A stretch of DNA of 64,000 bases from Acidimicrobiales bacterium (GTDB taxonomy: Bacteria > Actinomycetota > Acidimicrobiia > Acidimicrobiales > GCA-2861595): positions 11,311 through 75,310 of the forward strand of contig JBKJNA010000161.1 of NCBI GenBank assembly GCA_046596195.1. Direction: 5' to 3'. Both the position numbers and the translations under genes were made by a program. The notes under the pieces are model-generated. The model was not told where the DNA came from. It saw nothing but the letters and a program-made list of their open reading frames with translations, and did not search any database. Below, piece by piece: positions 41,587 to 50,998 of this stretch; position 1 is the first letter of the stretch; the number at the start of each line of letters is the position of its first letter.

Positions 41587-44151
41587 TCAGCGCGACCGCC
41601 GTTTCGGGGGCTCAGCCGCCCCCGGGTCGGTAGGCCACGGATGCTTGGGGTAGCGGCCCGCCATGTCCTTGCGCACCGCCCCCCACGAGCCGGACCAGAA
41701 GCCGGGCAGGTCGGCGGTCACCTGCACCGGGCGGCCCGCAGGCGACAGGAGGTGGAGCACGACAGCGACCCTGCCGCCGGCCACGGTGGGGTGGGCGGTG
41801 GTGCCGAAGAGGTCCTGGACGCGAACGGCGGCCACCGGCTGACCGCCGCTGTAGTCGAGCGGCACACGGCGACCGGTCGTGACGGTGAGCGCGGCCGGTG
41901 CGATCCGTTCGATGTCCCGTGCGAGCTGGTGGCCGAGGCAGGCCCGCAGGGCCGCCTCCACGTCGACCGCATCGACGTCGGCCCGACCGGTCGCCCCGGC
42001 CAGGAGGGGCAAAAGCCAGTCGTCGAGCGACGCCAGCAGCGCCGTGTCCGACAGGTCCGGCCAGGTGTCACCGAGGTACCGCCGGGCGAAAGCGGCGCGG
42101 TGCTGGAGCGACCGTGCCCTGCCCGTCCACCGGAGTGCCTCGAGCCGCTTCGCCCGGACCCGCTGCACGAGGGCCAGGGTGGTGGCCGGGCCGGGTGGGG
42201 CGGGGCCGTCGCTCGCCGTCAGGACGATGGACCCGAGTCGGCGCTCGACCGTCGCCCGGAGGTCGTCGCGGGCCGCGTCCCAGGTGACGGTCACCACCGT
42301 CTCGGTGGCCCCGGCGGCGGCTTCCACATCGGCCGCGTCGAGGCCGGCGGCCAGGCGGATGCGCCCGTCACCTCGGGCGGCGTCGATCTCGGCGATGACG
42401 AGGAACGGCTCGACGGCGAGGGGGTCGCCGGCCGGGAGCCACGCCCCGGCCCCGGTTCGCAACCGGAAGCGGGCCGCTCCCCGGGCCTGGGCCAGGCGGT
42501 CCGGGTAGGCGAGGGCGAGGACGGCGCCGCACCGGGAGGCGTCGACCGTGCCCCGCCCGACGCCTGCCCGCCGCGCCACCTCGGCCGCCCGGCGCGCCGC
42601 GCTCCGGACGGGCCCGGGCTCGGCCCGGGGGTGGCGGGCGGCGGGATCGGCGATCAGCCGGACCCGCTCGGCCACGTCGACCGGCAGTTCGTCCGGCCGC
42701 CCACGGAGAACGTCGCGATCCTCCAGCAGCGCGGCCAGGATGCACGCCGTCCATCCGTCGGCCGCCGCCGCGCCGGCCACCATCCGGGCGAGGCGGGGGT
42801 GCAGGGGCAACTCGGCCATGGCCCGCCCGAGCGCGGTGGGGCGGCCATCGGGGCCGACGGCGGCCAGTCCGGCGAGCAGCGACCGTGCCTCGTCGAGGGC
42901 GCGCGCCGGCGGCGGATCGAGAAAGGCCAGCGCCGCCGGGTCGGCGCCCCAGACGGCCAGTTCGAGGGCCAGGCCGGCCAGGTCGACGGTGGTGATCTCG
43001 GGCTCGGGGTGGGGCCGGCGGGTGGCGTGCTCGAGCTTCGACCAGAGCCGGTAGGCCACCCCCGGGCCCTGGCGCCCGGCCCGTCCCGCCCGCTGCTCGG
43101 CCGACGCCCGGGAGATCGGGCCGGTGTGGAGCCTGGTGAGACCCGTGCGGGCGTCGAAGCGGGGGGAACGGGCGAGGCCGGCGTCGACGACGACCCGCAC
43201 GCCCTCGACGGTGAGGCTGGTCTCGGCGATGTCGGTGGCCAGCACGACGCGGCGCCTGCCGGCGGGCGATGGTGCCAGGGCCGCATCCTGGGCGTCGGGC
43301 GTCAAGGCGCCGAACAGCGGCCGCACGTCGACGTCCGGCGGCAGGGCATCACCGGCCAGCGCCGACTCGACCCGGCGGATGTCGGCTGCGCCGGGAAGGA
43401 AGACCAGGACGTCGCCGGCCTCGTCCCGGACCGCCAGGCGCACCGCAGTCGCGGCGGCCGCGTCGAGCCGGTCTGCCGGGCGGCGGGGGAGCCAGCGCAC
43501 GAGCACCTCGTGGGCCCGACCCTCGCTCTCGACCACCGGCGCGTCACCGAGTAGGGCCGCCACACGCGCCGCTTCCAGGGTGGCCGACATGGCCAGCACC
43601 CGTAGGTCGGGGCGCAGCGCGGGGCGGGCGTCGAGAAGCAGGGCGAGGGCGAGATCGCCGTGCAGGTTGCGCTCGTGGAGCTCGTCGAAGACGACCAGCC
43701 CCACGCCGGGCAGCCCCGGGTCGGCCTGGAGGCGCCGGGTGAGGATGCCCTCGGTCACGACCTCGATCCGGGTGGCCCGGCCCACCCGCCGCTCGTCACG
43801 CGTGGTGTAGCCCACCAGCCCACCCACGTCCTGGCCGAGGAGCGACGCCATCCGCCTGGCCGCAGCGCGGGCGGCGAGGCGGCGAGGTTCGAGCACAACG
43901 ATCCGCCCGCCCCCCAGCCACGCCTCGTCCAGTAGCCGGAGAGGGACGATCGTGGTCTTGCCCGCCCCCGGCGGCGCCACAAGGACCGCCTGACCAGCGC
44001 CCGCCAGCGCCTGGCGCAGCGCCACCACGCTGCCCTCGACCGGAAGGCCGCTCGGCGGGAGGTCGACGCGCACCGTGCCAGTGTCGCCCGCGGCTCCGGC
44101 GGCCACGGTCCGGGTTCTGCCGGCGTCAGCCCCCGGAATCCGGTGGCTCAC
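41587..44151 (-). CDS. hrpB: ATP-dependent helicase HrpB
   Basis: 854-aa ORF with DEAH-box helicase motifs (APPGAGKTT, FDELHERN, SATL, TDIAETSLT, QRAGRAGR) and an HrpB-type C-terminal domain. A GTG at 44073 is an alternative start. Confidence 0.9.
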   Translation of the reverse strand: MSHRIPGADAGRTRTVAAGAAGDTGTVRVDLPPSGLPVEGSVVALRQALAGAGQAVLVAPPGAGKTTIVPLRLLDEAWLGGGRIVVLEPRRLAARAAARRMASLLGQDVGGLVGYTTRDERRVGRATRIEVVTEGILTRRLQADPGLPGVGLVVFDELHERNLHGDLALALLLDARPALRPDLRVLAMSATLEAARVAALLGDAPVVESEGRAHEVLVRWLPRRPADRLDAAAATAVRLAVRDEAGDVLVFLPGAADIRRVESALAGDALPPDVDVRPLFGALTPDAQDAALAPSPAGRRRVVLATDIAETSLTVEGVRVVVDAGLARSPRFDARTGLTRLHTGPISRASAEQRAGRAGRQGPGVAYRLWSKLEHATRRPHPEPEITTVDLAGLALELAVWGADPAALAFLDPPPARALDEARSLLAGLAAVGPDGRPTALGRAMAELPLHPRLARMVAGAAAADGWTACILAALLEDRDVLRGRPDELPVDVAERVRLIADPAARHPRAEPGPVRSAARRAAEVARRAGVGRGTVDASRCGAVLALAYPDRLAQARGAARFRLRTGAGAWLPAGDPLAVEPFLVIAEIDAARGDGRIRLAAGLDAADVEAAAGATETVVTVTWDAARDDLRATVERRLGSIVLTASDGPAPPGPATTLALVQRVRAKRLEALRWTGRARSLQHRAAFARRYLGDTWPDLSDTALLASLDDWLLPLLAGATGRADVDAVDVEAALRACLGHQLARDIERIAPAALTVTTGRRVPLDYSGGQPVAAVRVQDLFGTTAHPTVAGGRVAVVLHLLSPAGRPVQVTADLPGFWSGSWGAVRKDMAGRYPKHPWPTDPGAAEPPKRRSR

Positions 44152-44214
44152 GCCGCCGGAACCACGGCGTGGGGCCGGCGGAAGGTCGGCGGGCGGCGTC
44201 CGGGGCGACGAACG

Positions 44215-44373
44215 TCAGCGCTGGCGGTGGTGCGGGTCGCGAGGGCGGTTGGAGATGCGCCGCCGCTCGCCCGTGCGCTCTTCGGTGGGCTTCGTCTCGC
44301 TCAGCAACAGCTCGTAGAAAAGCTGCTCCACGGTGAGGCCATCCTGGGCGAGGATCTCGGGAAGTTCGGACAC
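44215..44373 (-). CDS. candidate small protein (52 aa, VSELPEILAQDGLTVEQLFYELLLSETKPTEERTGERRRISNRPRDPHHRQR)
   Basis: GTG 44373 with GGAGG 5 nt upstream. GC3-biased. No family recognised. The longer 97-aa ORF version has a non-coding-looking N-terminus. Confidence 0.35.
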   Translation of the reverse strand: MSELPEILAQDGLTVEQLFYELLLSETKPTEERTGERRRISNRPRDPHHRQR

Positions 44374-44529
44374 GGCCGCCTCCGGCGCCGGCGCACGGGC
44401 CGTTCCCGACGCTCGACCGTCACTAGTTCGCCGCTTGCGCCGTGGAATCCTGCTCGTCGCAGGCGCGTGGCACGACGTCCCGGCGCGCGCTGCGGCACTC
44501 CGCGGCATCCGGTCGTTGCCGTGTCGAGG

Positions 44530-45015
44530 TTACTGAGGGGGCCGCTGGTCGAGCGGCGGCTCGTCCAGCAACACGAGCGTCTGGGCCGACTGGATCTGGG
44601 GGATCGACTGGAGGTCCTGGAGGATGACGTCGCGCAGGTGGTCGATGTCCTGGGCCCGCACGAGCACGATGTAGTCGAACGAGCCGCTGCTGAGGGCGAG
44701 CCACTCCACCCCCGGCAGCCGGCGCAGGCTGTCGCCCACCGCCCGCCAGCTGTGCTGCACCACGCTCACCAGGACGAGGGCGGCGATGGGCAGGCCCATC
44801 TTCCGGGGGTCGACGTCGACCGTGAAGCGCCGGATCACCCCGGAGTCCCGCAGCCGGGCGAGGCGTTGGTACGCCGTGGCCCGCGACACGCTGACCTGGG
44901 TCGCCAGCTCGCTGACCGACGCCCGGCCGTCCGCTCGCAGGGCGACGATGAGCCGGTGGTCCACGTCGTCCAACCGGACGTCCTGCTCTGCCATCGGCGT
45001 CCTCCGGGTCGGCAA
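44530..45015 (-). CDS. Lrp/AsnC family transcriptional regulator
   Basis: 161-aa ORF: ..LDDVDHRLIVALRADGRASVSELATQVSVSRATAYQRLARLRDSGVIRRFT.. (HTH) plus a RAM/ligand-binding domain. Divergent from phhA. Alternative start at MAEQD (44994). Confidence 0.88.
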   Translation of the reverse strand: MPTRRTPMAEQDVRLDDVDHRLIVALRADGRASVSELATQVSVSRATAYQRLARLRDSGVIRRFTVDVDPRKMGLPIAALVLVSVVQHSWRAVGDSLRRLPGVEWLALSSGSFDYIVLVRAQDIDHLRDVILQDLQSIPQIQSAQTLVLLDEPPLDQRPPQ

Positions 45016-45141
45016 ATGTCACTTCGTCGATAGCTACCGACGATATCGCACAGATCGTCTTGACTCTCCTAATCTGAGTGGACGATCTGAGGTCCCAGCC
45101 CCCACAATGAGAAAAAGACGTCTAGCCGGAGGAGGTAACCC
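45016..45141. promoter_or_regulatory. divergent Lrp-regulator/phhA control region with a 9-bp perfect inverted repeat
   Basis: Locally AT-richer. CAGATCGTC (45051-45059) and GACGATCTG (45081-45089) flank a 21-nt spacer containing TTGACT and TAATCT hexamers. GGAGGAGG Shine-Dalgarno lies before the phhA GTG. Confidence 0.4.
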
Positions 45142-46032
45142 GTGACCGACAGCCCCCAGCTCTACGCACCGGTGCTCCGGGACGGGAGCGGTGCGGTCGA
45201 CGTCGTCCTCGGCGCCGGCCACCCCGGCTTCTCGGACCCCGACTACAGGGCCCGCCGCAACGCCCTGGCCGCCGAGGCCCTCGACTGGCAGCCGGGCCGG
45301 CCCGTTCCCGAGCCGGCGTACACCGCCGTGGAGCACGACGTGTGGCGGGTGGTGGCCCGCGAGCTCGAACCGCTGCACCGCCGCCACGCCTGCCGCGCCT
45401 TCCTGGAGGCCAAGGAGGAGCTGGGCCTGCCCGCCGACCGGGTGCCGCAGCTCCGGGAGGTGAGCGGGCGTCTGGCGCCCACCACCGGCTTCACCTACCT
45501 CCCCGTCGCCGGCCTGGCGCCTCTGCGGGACTTCTACGGCGCCTTCTCGGGTTCGGTGTTCTTCTCCACGCAGTACCTGCGCCACCCGTCGATGCCCCTT
45601 TACACCCCCGAGCCCGACGTGATCCACGAGGTCATCGGGCACGCCAACCAGCTGGCCGACCGGGGCTTCGCCGCCCTGTACCGGCTGGTGGGCGAGGCGG
45701 TGGCCCGCACCACCACCGACGAGGCGCTGCGCTTCTTGTCGCGGGTGTTCTGGTTCTCGCTCGAGTTCGGTGTTGTCTACGAACGGGGGGAGCCCAAGGC
45801 GTACGGCGCCGGCATCCTGTCGTCGTGCGGTGAGACGGCCGCCTTCCGCACCGCCCAGATCCGCCCCCTCGACCTGGCCGCCATGGGCTCGCTCACCTAC
45901 GACATCACCCGTTACCAGCCGGTGCTCTTCGCCGCCCGCTCCATGTCCCACCTGCTCGACGCGCTGACCCTGTTCTTCGCCTCGTTCGACGACGACGTCC
46001 ACGCCCGCCTCGCCGGGCAGGCGGCGGCATGA
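45142..46032 (+). CDS. phhA: phenylalanine 4-monooxygenase (aromatic amino acid hydroxylase)
   Basis: 296-aa ORF: ..YTAVEHDVWR...FYGAFSGSVFFSTQYLRHPSMPLYTPEPDVIHEVIGHANQLAD...FWFSLEFG.. with the iron-binding H/H/E context typical of PhhA. Confidence 0.9.
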   Translation: MTDSPQLYAPVLRDGSGAVDVVLGAGHPGFSDPDYRARRNALAAEALDWQPGRPVPEPAYTAVEHDVWRVVARELEPLHRRHACRAFLEAKEELGLPADRVPQLREVSGRLAPTTGFTYLPVAGLAPLRDFYGAFSGSVFFSTQYLRHPSMPLYTPEPDVIHEVIGHANQLADRGFAALYRLVGEAVARTTTDEALRFLSRVFWFSLEFGVVYERGEPKAYGAGILSSCGETAAFRTAQIRPLDLAAMGSLTYDITRYQPVLFAARSMSHLLDALTLFFASFDDDVHARLAGQAAA

Positions 46033-46096
46033 CGGGCCCGGGAGGACGCTCCGTGCGGGACGCATCGGGGCGACATCGCGAAGCGATGGCGCACCC

Positions 46097-47245
46097 TTGA
46101 GCACCACCGACCTCCGCCCGCCGGCGCCGCCGGCACTCGCACCGGCACCGGCGCCGGCGCCGCTCCTGCTCGGCTGGGACGCCGTCGAGCTGTGGGTGGG
46201 CAACGCCCGCGCCTTCGCCGGCTTCCTCTCGTCCGCCTTCGGGTTCCGGATCACCGCCTACGCCGGCCCGGAGACGGGCTGGGAGGACCGGGCGTCCTAC
46301 GTGCTCGAGCAGGGCAGCATCCGCTTCGTGGTAACGGCCGCCCTCACGCCCGACTCGCCCATCGCCGACCACGTCCGCCTCCACGGGGACGGCGTCCACG
46401 ACCTCGCCTTCGCCGTACCCGACGCCGGAGCCGCCTTCGACGCGGCTGTCGCCCGTGGCGCCCGCCCGCTGTCGGAGCCGCACGTGGTCAACGACGACCA
46501 CGGCGGGCTGCGGCTGGCTCGCATCGCCGCCTATGGCGACACCGGCCACACCTTCGTCGACCGGTCCGGGTACGGCGGGGCATACCGGCCGGGCTATGCC
46601 ACCGAGGGCCTTCCCCCTCCTGCGGTGGCGGCCCGGCCGGTTGCGCTGGAGGCGATCGACCACGTGGTAGCCAACGTCGAGGAGGGCTCGCTGGAGCGCT
46701 GGGTCGACTTCTACCGCGCCGTCCTCGGCTTCGAGCGCCTCCGCCACTTCGACGATTCGCAGATCTCCACCGAGTACTCGGCCTTGATGTCGACGGTGGT
46801 CTGGAACGGCGCAAAAATTGTGCTGCCGATCAACGAGCCGGCCACCGGGCGGCGCAAGAGCCAGATCCAGGAGTACCTCGAGACCTACCGGGGGCCGGGC
46901 GTCCAGCACATCGCCCTCGCCACCTCCGACATCGTCGGCGCGGTGTCATCCCTGCGCCGGCGGGGGCTGCGCTTCCTCGAGGCGCCCGCCGCCTACTACG
47001 AGGACGTCCGCCAGAGGCTCGGCCACCTCGACCTGCCGTGGGAGGATCTGCGCCGGCTTGGCATCCTGGTCGACGAGGAGCCCGACGGTTGGCTGTTGCA
47101 GATCTTCACCGAGACGCTGAGCGACCGCCCGACCCTGTTCGTGGAGATCATCCAGCGCGGCGGGGCCAAAGGCTTCGGCGCCGGCAACTTCAAGGCCTTG
47201 TTCGAGGCCATCGAGCGGGAGCAGGCGCGCCGCGGCCACCTGTGA
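46097..47245 (+). CDS. hppD: 4-hydroxyphenylpyruvate dioxygenase
   Basis: 382-aa ORF: ..HGDGVHDLAF..., ..GPGVQHIALATSDIV..., ..LLQIFTE......FVEIIQRGGAKGFGAGNFKALFEAIEREQ.., the canonical HPPD C-terminus. Confidence 0.93.
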   Translation: MSTTDLRPPAPPALAPAPAPAPLLLGWDAVELWVGNARAFAGFLSSAFGFRITAYAGPETGWEDRASYVLEQGSIRFVVTAALTPDSPIADHVRLHGDGVHDLAFAVPDAGAAFDAAVARGARPLSEPHVVNDDHGGLRLARIAAYGDTGHTFVDRSGYGGAYRPGYATEGLPPPAVAARPVALEAIDHVVANVEEGSLERWVDFYRAVLGFERLRHFDDSQISTEYSALMSTVVWNGAKIVLPINEPATGRRKSQIQEYLETYRGPGVQHIALATSDIVGAVSSLRRRGLRFLEAPAAYYEDVRQRLGHLDLPWEDLRRLGILVDEEPDGWLLQIFTETLSDRPTLFVEIIQRGGAKGFGAGNFKALFEAIEREQARRGHL

Positions 47246-47261
47246 CCCACGAGGCCAGGCG

Positions 47262-48521
47262 GTGACCGGCGCCGCCGATGGGCCCGAGTCCGAGGGCAAC
47301 GGCTTCGGCCTGGAGAACCTGCCGTTCGGCGTGGCCCGCCTGCCCGATGGTTCGGTGACGTGTGTGAGCGCGCTGGACACCTCCGTCATCGACCTGGCCC
47401 GCCTGGGCCGGGCCGGCCTCCTCTGGGTGCACGGTCTGCCGGAGGACGTGTTCGAGGACGGCTCCCTCAACCGCTTCCTGGCGTGCGGCCGCACGGCGTT
47501 GGAAGGGGTCCGCGGCCGGATCGCCCGGATGGTGCAGACCGGCGAGCGCGAGCTCGGCCGGGCGTTCGTGCCCGTGTCCCAGGTGGAGCTGCTGGCCCCG
47601 GTGGCGGCGGGTGACTTCGTTGACTTCTCGGCCTCGATCCACCACGCCACCCGGGTAGGCCGGCTGCTGCGCCCGGACGGCGATCCGCTGCCGCCCCAGT
47701 GGCGCCACATGCCGGTGGGCTACCACGGGCGGGCGGGGTCGATGGTGGCGTCCGGCATGGGCGTGACCCGGCCGCACGGCCAGCGCCCCACCGGCGACGG
47801 CGGGCCCGTCCTGGCCCCGACGGAGGCGCTCGACTTCGAGGCCGAGATCGGCTTCGTGGTGGGCTGCGGCTCTACCCCCGGGCGCCCGGTGCCGACCGCC
47901 GCCTTCGCCGACCACGTGGCCGGCGTGGTGCTGGTGAACGACTGGAGTGCCCGCGACGTGCAGGCCTACGAGTCGCGGCCGCTCGGCCCCTTCCTGGGCA
48001 AGTCGTTCGCCACGTCGATGTCGCCCTGGCTCGTCACCCTCGGCGCATTGGAGCCGTACCAGGTGCCCGGGCCCGTGCAGGACCCGGAGCCGCCGCCGTA
48101 CCTGAGGACCGAGGGGCCGGCCGCCTACGACCTGCGCCTCGAGGTCACCCTCCAGAGCGAGACGATGCGGGCCGAGGGCATGGCGCCCGTGCAGGTCGGC
48201 GCCGCCGACTTCGCCGCCATGTACTGGACCGGGCCCCAGCTCCTGGCCCACGTCACCGTCAACGGTGCCCGCATCCGGCCGGGCGACGTGGTCGCGTCGG
48301 GCACGGTGTCCGGCCCCGACGCCGGCAGCGAGGCCTGCCTGCTGGAGCTCACCGAGGCGGGAAAGCAGCCGCTGTCGCTCCCGGACGGATCGACGCGCTC
48401 GTACCTGGAGGACGGCGACACGGTCGTCGTCCGGGGGTGGGCGGGCGGCGACGGGCGTCCGTTGTTGTCCCTGGGCGAGGTCAGCGGCACAGTCGTACCC
48501 GCCCGACCGATGGAGGTGTGA
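47262..48521 (+). CDS. fahA: fumarylacetoacetase
   Basis: 419-aa ORF: ..FGLENLPFGV..., ..DFSASIHHATRVG..., ..MPVGYHGRAGS..., ..DFEAEIGFVVG.. as in FAH-family fumarylacetoacetases. Confidence 0.9.
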   Translation: MTGAADGPESEGNGFGLENLPFGVARLPDGSVTCVSALDTSVIDLARLGRAGLLWVHGLPEDVFEDGSLNRFLACGRTALEGVRGRIARMVQTGERELGRAFVPVSQVELLAPVAAGDFVDFSASIHHATRVGRLLRPDGDPLPPQWRHMPVGYHGRAGSMVASGMGVTRPHGQRPTGDGGPVLAPTEALDFEAEIGFVVGCGSTPGRPVPTAAFADHVAGVVLVNDWSARDVQAYESRPLGPFLGKSFATSMSPWLVTLGALEPYQVPGPVQDPEPPPYLRTEGPAAYDLRLEVTLQSETMRAEGMAPVQVGAADFAAMYWTGPQLLAHVTVNGARIRPGDVVASGTVSGPDAGSEACLLELTEAGKQPLSLPDGSTRSYLEDGDTVVVRGWAGGDGRPLLSLGEVSGTVVPARPMEV

Positions 48522-48522
48522 G

Positions 48523-49686
48523 ATGCACTACCGCAGCGTGGGCGACGTCCCCGCCAAGCGCCACCTGCGCACCCCCGCGCCCGGTGGTGGCCTGCTGTTC
48601 GAGGAGCTGATGGGGGAGGAGGGGTTCTCCGGCGACTCGTCGCTGCTCTACCACCTCCGCTCGCCGTCGGCCCTGGTGGGCGCGGCCCATGTCGACGTCA
48701 CCGCCGGGGTCCTGGTGGCCAACGACCCGCTCCTCCCGAGGCACCTGCGCACCTGCGAGCTCCCGCCCGGCGGCGACGCCACCGGTGGCCGCCACCTGCT
48801 GCTCGGCAACGACGACGTCCGCATCTCGTGGGTAGCGGCCGACCGCACCGGCCCGCTGTGGCGCAACGCCCTCGGCGACGAATTGGCCTACGTGCAGGCG
48901 GGGGAGGGGGACCTGGAGTCGGTGTTCGGGCGGCTCCCGGTTCGGGCCGGCGACTACGTCGTCGTCCCCCGCTCGGCCACGTGCCGGTGGGTCGTACCCG
49001 ACGGCGGCCGGCTCGAGCTGCTGGTGGTGGAGGCGAGCGGGCATGTGCGCCCACCAAGGCGCTACCTGTCGCCGGCCGGCCAGTTCCTGGAGCAGGCGCC
49101 TTACTGCGAGCGCGATATCCGCGCGCCGCAGGTGCCGTTGGTGACCACCGGCGAGGGGCCGGTCGACGTGCTGGTGCGCCACCGCGACGGCGTGAGCCGC
49201 CACACCCTCGCCTCGTCGCCGTTCGACGTGGTGGGGTGGGCGGGCTGCGTGTACCCGTGGGCCTTCGCCATCCTCGACTTCGAGCCCATCGTGGGGGCGA
49301 TCCACCAGCCGCCCCACGTCCACCAGACCTTCGAGGGACCCGGCTTCGTGGTGTGCTCGTTCGTGCCCAGGCCCTACGACTTCCACGAGGGTGCCATCAA
49401 GGTGCCCTACCACCACGCCAACGTCGACAGCGACGAGGTGATCTTCTACTCGGCCGGCGACTTCATGAGTCGGGCCGGCTCGGGCATCGGCGTCGGGTCG
49501 ATCTCGGTGCATCCCAGTGGCTTCGTGCACGGCCCCCAGCCCGGCAGCATGGAGGCGGCCGCCGGCCAGGACCGCACCGATGAGGTGGCCGTGATGGTGG
49601 ACACGTTCCGCCCGCTCCGCCTCGGCCCGGACGCCGCCGGTGTGGCCGACGACGACTACCCATGGAGCTGGTCCCGCCAGGGGTGA
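48523..49686 (+). CDS. hmgA: homogentisate 1,2-dioxygenase (short bacterial form)
   Basis: In-frame ATG 48523 lies 1 nt after the fahA stop. MHYRSVGDVPAKRHLR...GEEGFSGDSSLLYHL...HANVDSDEVIFY...SVHPSGFVHGPQPG (cupin-type HGD), in homogentisate-pathway context. Confidence 0.85.
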   Translation: MHYRSVGDVPAKRHLRTPAPGGGLLFEELMGEEGFSGDSSLLYHLRSPSALVGAAHVDVTAGVLVANDPLLPRHLRTCELPPGGDATGGRHLLLGNDDVRISWVAADRTGPLWRNALGDELAYVQAGEGDLESVFGRLPVRAGDYVVVPRSATCRWVVPDGGRLELLVVEASGHVRPPRRYLSPAGQFLEQAPYCERDIRAPQVPLVTTGEGPVDVLVRHRDGVSRHTLASSPFDVVGWAGCVYPWAFAILDFEPIVGAIHQPPHVHQTFEGPGFVVCSFVPRPYDFHEGAIKVPYHHANVDSDEVIFYSAGDFMSRAGSGIGVGSISVHPSGFVHGPQPGSMEAAAGQDRTDEVAVMVDTFRPLRLGPDAAGVADDDYPWSWSRQG

Positions 49687-49713
49687 CGGTCCCCGGCGGA
49701 TAGCGTCGACGCC

Positions 49714-50088
49714 ATGAGCGCCACCAAGCCCGACGTGACCATCCCCGACGGCAACCCGCCGGCCCAGCTCGAGGTCGAGGACCTCGAGGTCGGTACCGGC
49801 CTCGAGGCGGCCGCCGGCACCGAGGTCGACGTCCACTACGTGGGCGTCTCCTGGTCGAGCGGCACGCAGTTCGACGCCTCGTGGGACCGGCGCAACACCT
49901 TCTCGTTCCGCCTCGGCTCCGGACAGGTGATCGCCGGGTGGGACCAGGGCGTGGCCGGCATGAAGGTGGGCGGGCGCCGCCGCCTCACCATCCCGCCCGA
50001 CCTGGGCTACGGAAGCAGGGGCGCCGGCGGCGTGATCGCCCCGGGCGAGACCCTGGTGTTCGTGGTGGACCTGGTGGGGGTGCGCTGA
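49714..50088 (+). CDS. FKBP-type peptidyl-prolyl cis-trans isomerase
   Basis: 124-aa ORF: ..VHYVGVSWSSGTQFDASWDR...FRLGSGQVIAGWDQGVAGMKVGGRRRLTIPPDLGYG..., the classic FKBP domain. Confidence 0.9.
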   Translation: MSATKPDVTIPDGNPPAQLEVEDLEVGTGLEAAAGTEVDVHYVGVSWSSGTQFDASWDRRNTFSFRLGSGQVIAGWDQGVAGMKVGGRRRLTIPPDLGYGSRGAGGVIAPGETLVFVVDLVGVR

Positions 50089-50110
50089 GCGCGTCCTCCC
50101 TGGACCACAG

Positions 50111-50815
50111 TTACCGGCGCATCTGACCCAAGAGGCGCAGGACGTAGAAGAAGAGCATCATGATGGCGGCGAACAGCTGCACCGATGCGCCCACGTAGGC
50201 CTCGGCCGGATAGGTCTTCATGACCTTCTGCGTCGTGTACAGGATCGACACCCCGGCCAGGGCGATCATGGCCAGCGAGAACCACACGCCCAGATCGAGG
50301 CCGAAGAGCAGAGCGGCGACGATCAGGACCATGGCGCAGACGAAGCCCCACATGAGTATGGGACGCAGGACCGAGAGGTCCTTACGGGTTGTGTAGGCGA
50401 CGGCGCTCAGACCGGCGAAACCGAGTCCAGTGATGATCGCGGCCGACCACACAGTGCTGGCGCCGTCGTTCTGGATCTCGAAGAAGTAGTGCATGAAGGG
50501 GGCGAAGATGACCGCCTCGGCCACGACCAGGGCGAACAGGCCCTGGTACTGCCTCCCGGTGTCCTCGAGTTGGTGGGCCGCTGTCTGGGCCATCCAACTC
50601 ACGCCCATGAAGCCGAGCATGATGACCAGCCAGCCGATCCTGCTCTCGGCGATGAAGTTGTAGATGCCCTCGGCCACGCCGACCCGGAGGAACACTGCCT
50701 CGACGGCGGTGAACGCCACAAGGGCGAGAATGAGGTGTTGATAGACCTTGACGACGAAATCCGAGCGGGTGACCTCATCGCGCTGGGCGACGGGGATCCC
50801 GTAGCTCACTGCCAT
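50111..50815 (-). CDS. Bax inhibitor-1/YccA family membrane protein
   Basis: 234-aa ORF with seven hydrophobic segments, ..FVVKVYQHLILALVAF.. at the N-terminus and a basic C-terminus, typical of the BI-1 family. Confidence 0.88.
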   Translation of the reverse strand: MAVSYGIPVAQRDEVTRSDFVVKVYQHLILALVAFTAVEAVFLRVGVAEGIYNFIAESRIGWLVIMLGFMGVSWMAQTAAHQLEDTGRQYQGLFALVVAEAVIFAPFMHYFFEIQNDGASTVWSAAIITGLGFAGLSAVAYTTRKDLSVLRPILMWGFVCAMVLIVAALLFGLDLGVWFSLAMIALAGVSILYTTQKVMKTYPAEAYVGASVQLFAAIMMLFFYVLRLLGQMRR

Positions 50816-50998
50816 CTTTGTAGTCCTCCTGGGACGATCGGTTGCTTTCAGCGTACCGACATGAAGACCGAAATGGTGGTCGCTCGGTTACGGGCCGGCT
50901 CGCAGGCCGGTGGGCGCGGTCAGCGGGCCGGGCGGCGATGCCCCGGGGGCCCCGGGCGCACAGCAAGAGCCCGGAGGGGCGCCAGGACCCGTCGCCGG

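Noticed and set aside
44125-44150. Possible fourth copy of the AT-rich palindrome (CCGGAATCCGGTGG) at the hrpB 5' end.
   Set aside because: Only the 14-nt GC-rich centre matches. The AT-rich arms are absent and the sequence lies in coding DNA (..SHRIPG..), so it is treated as chance similarity.
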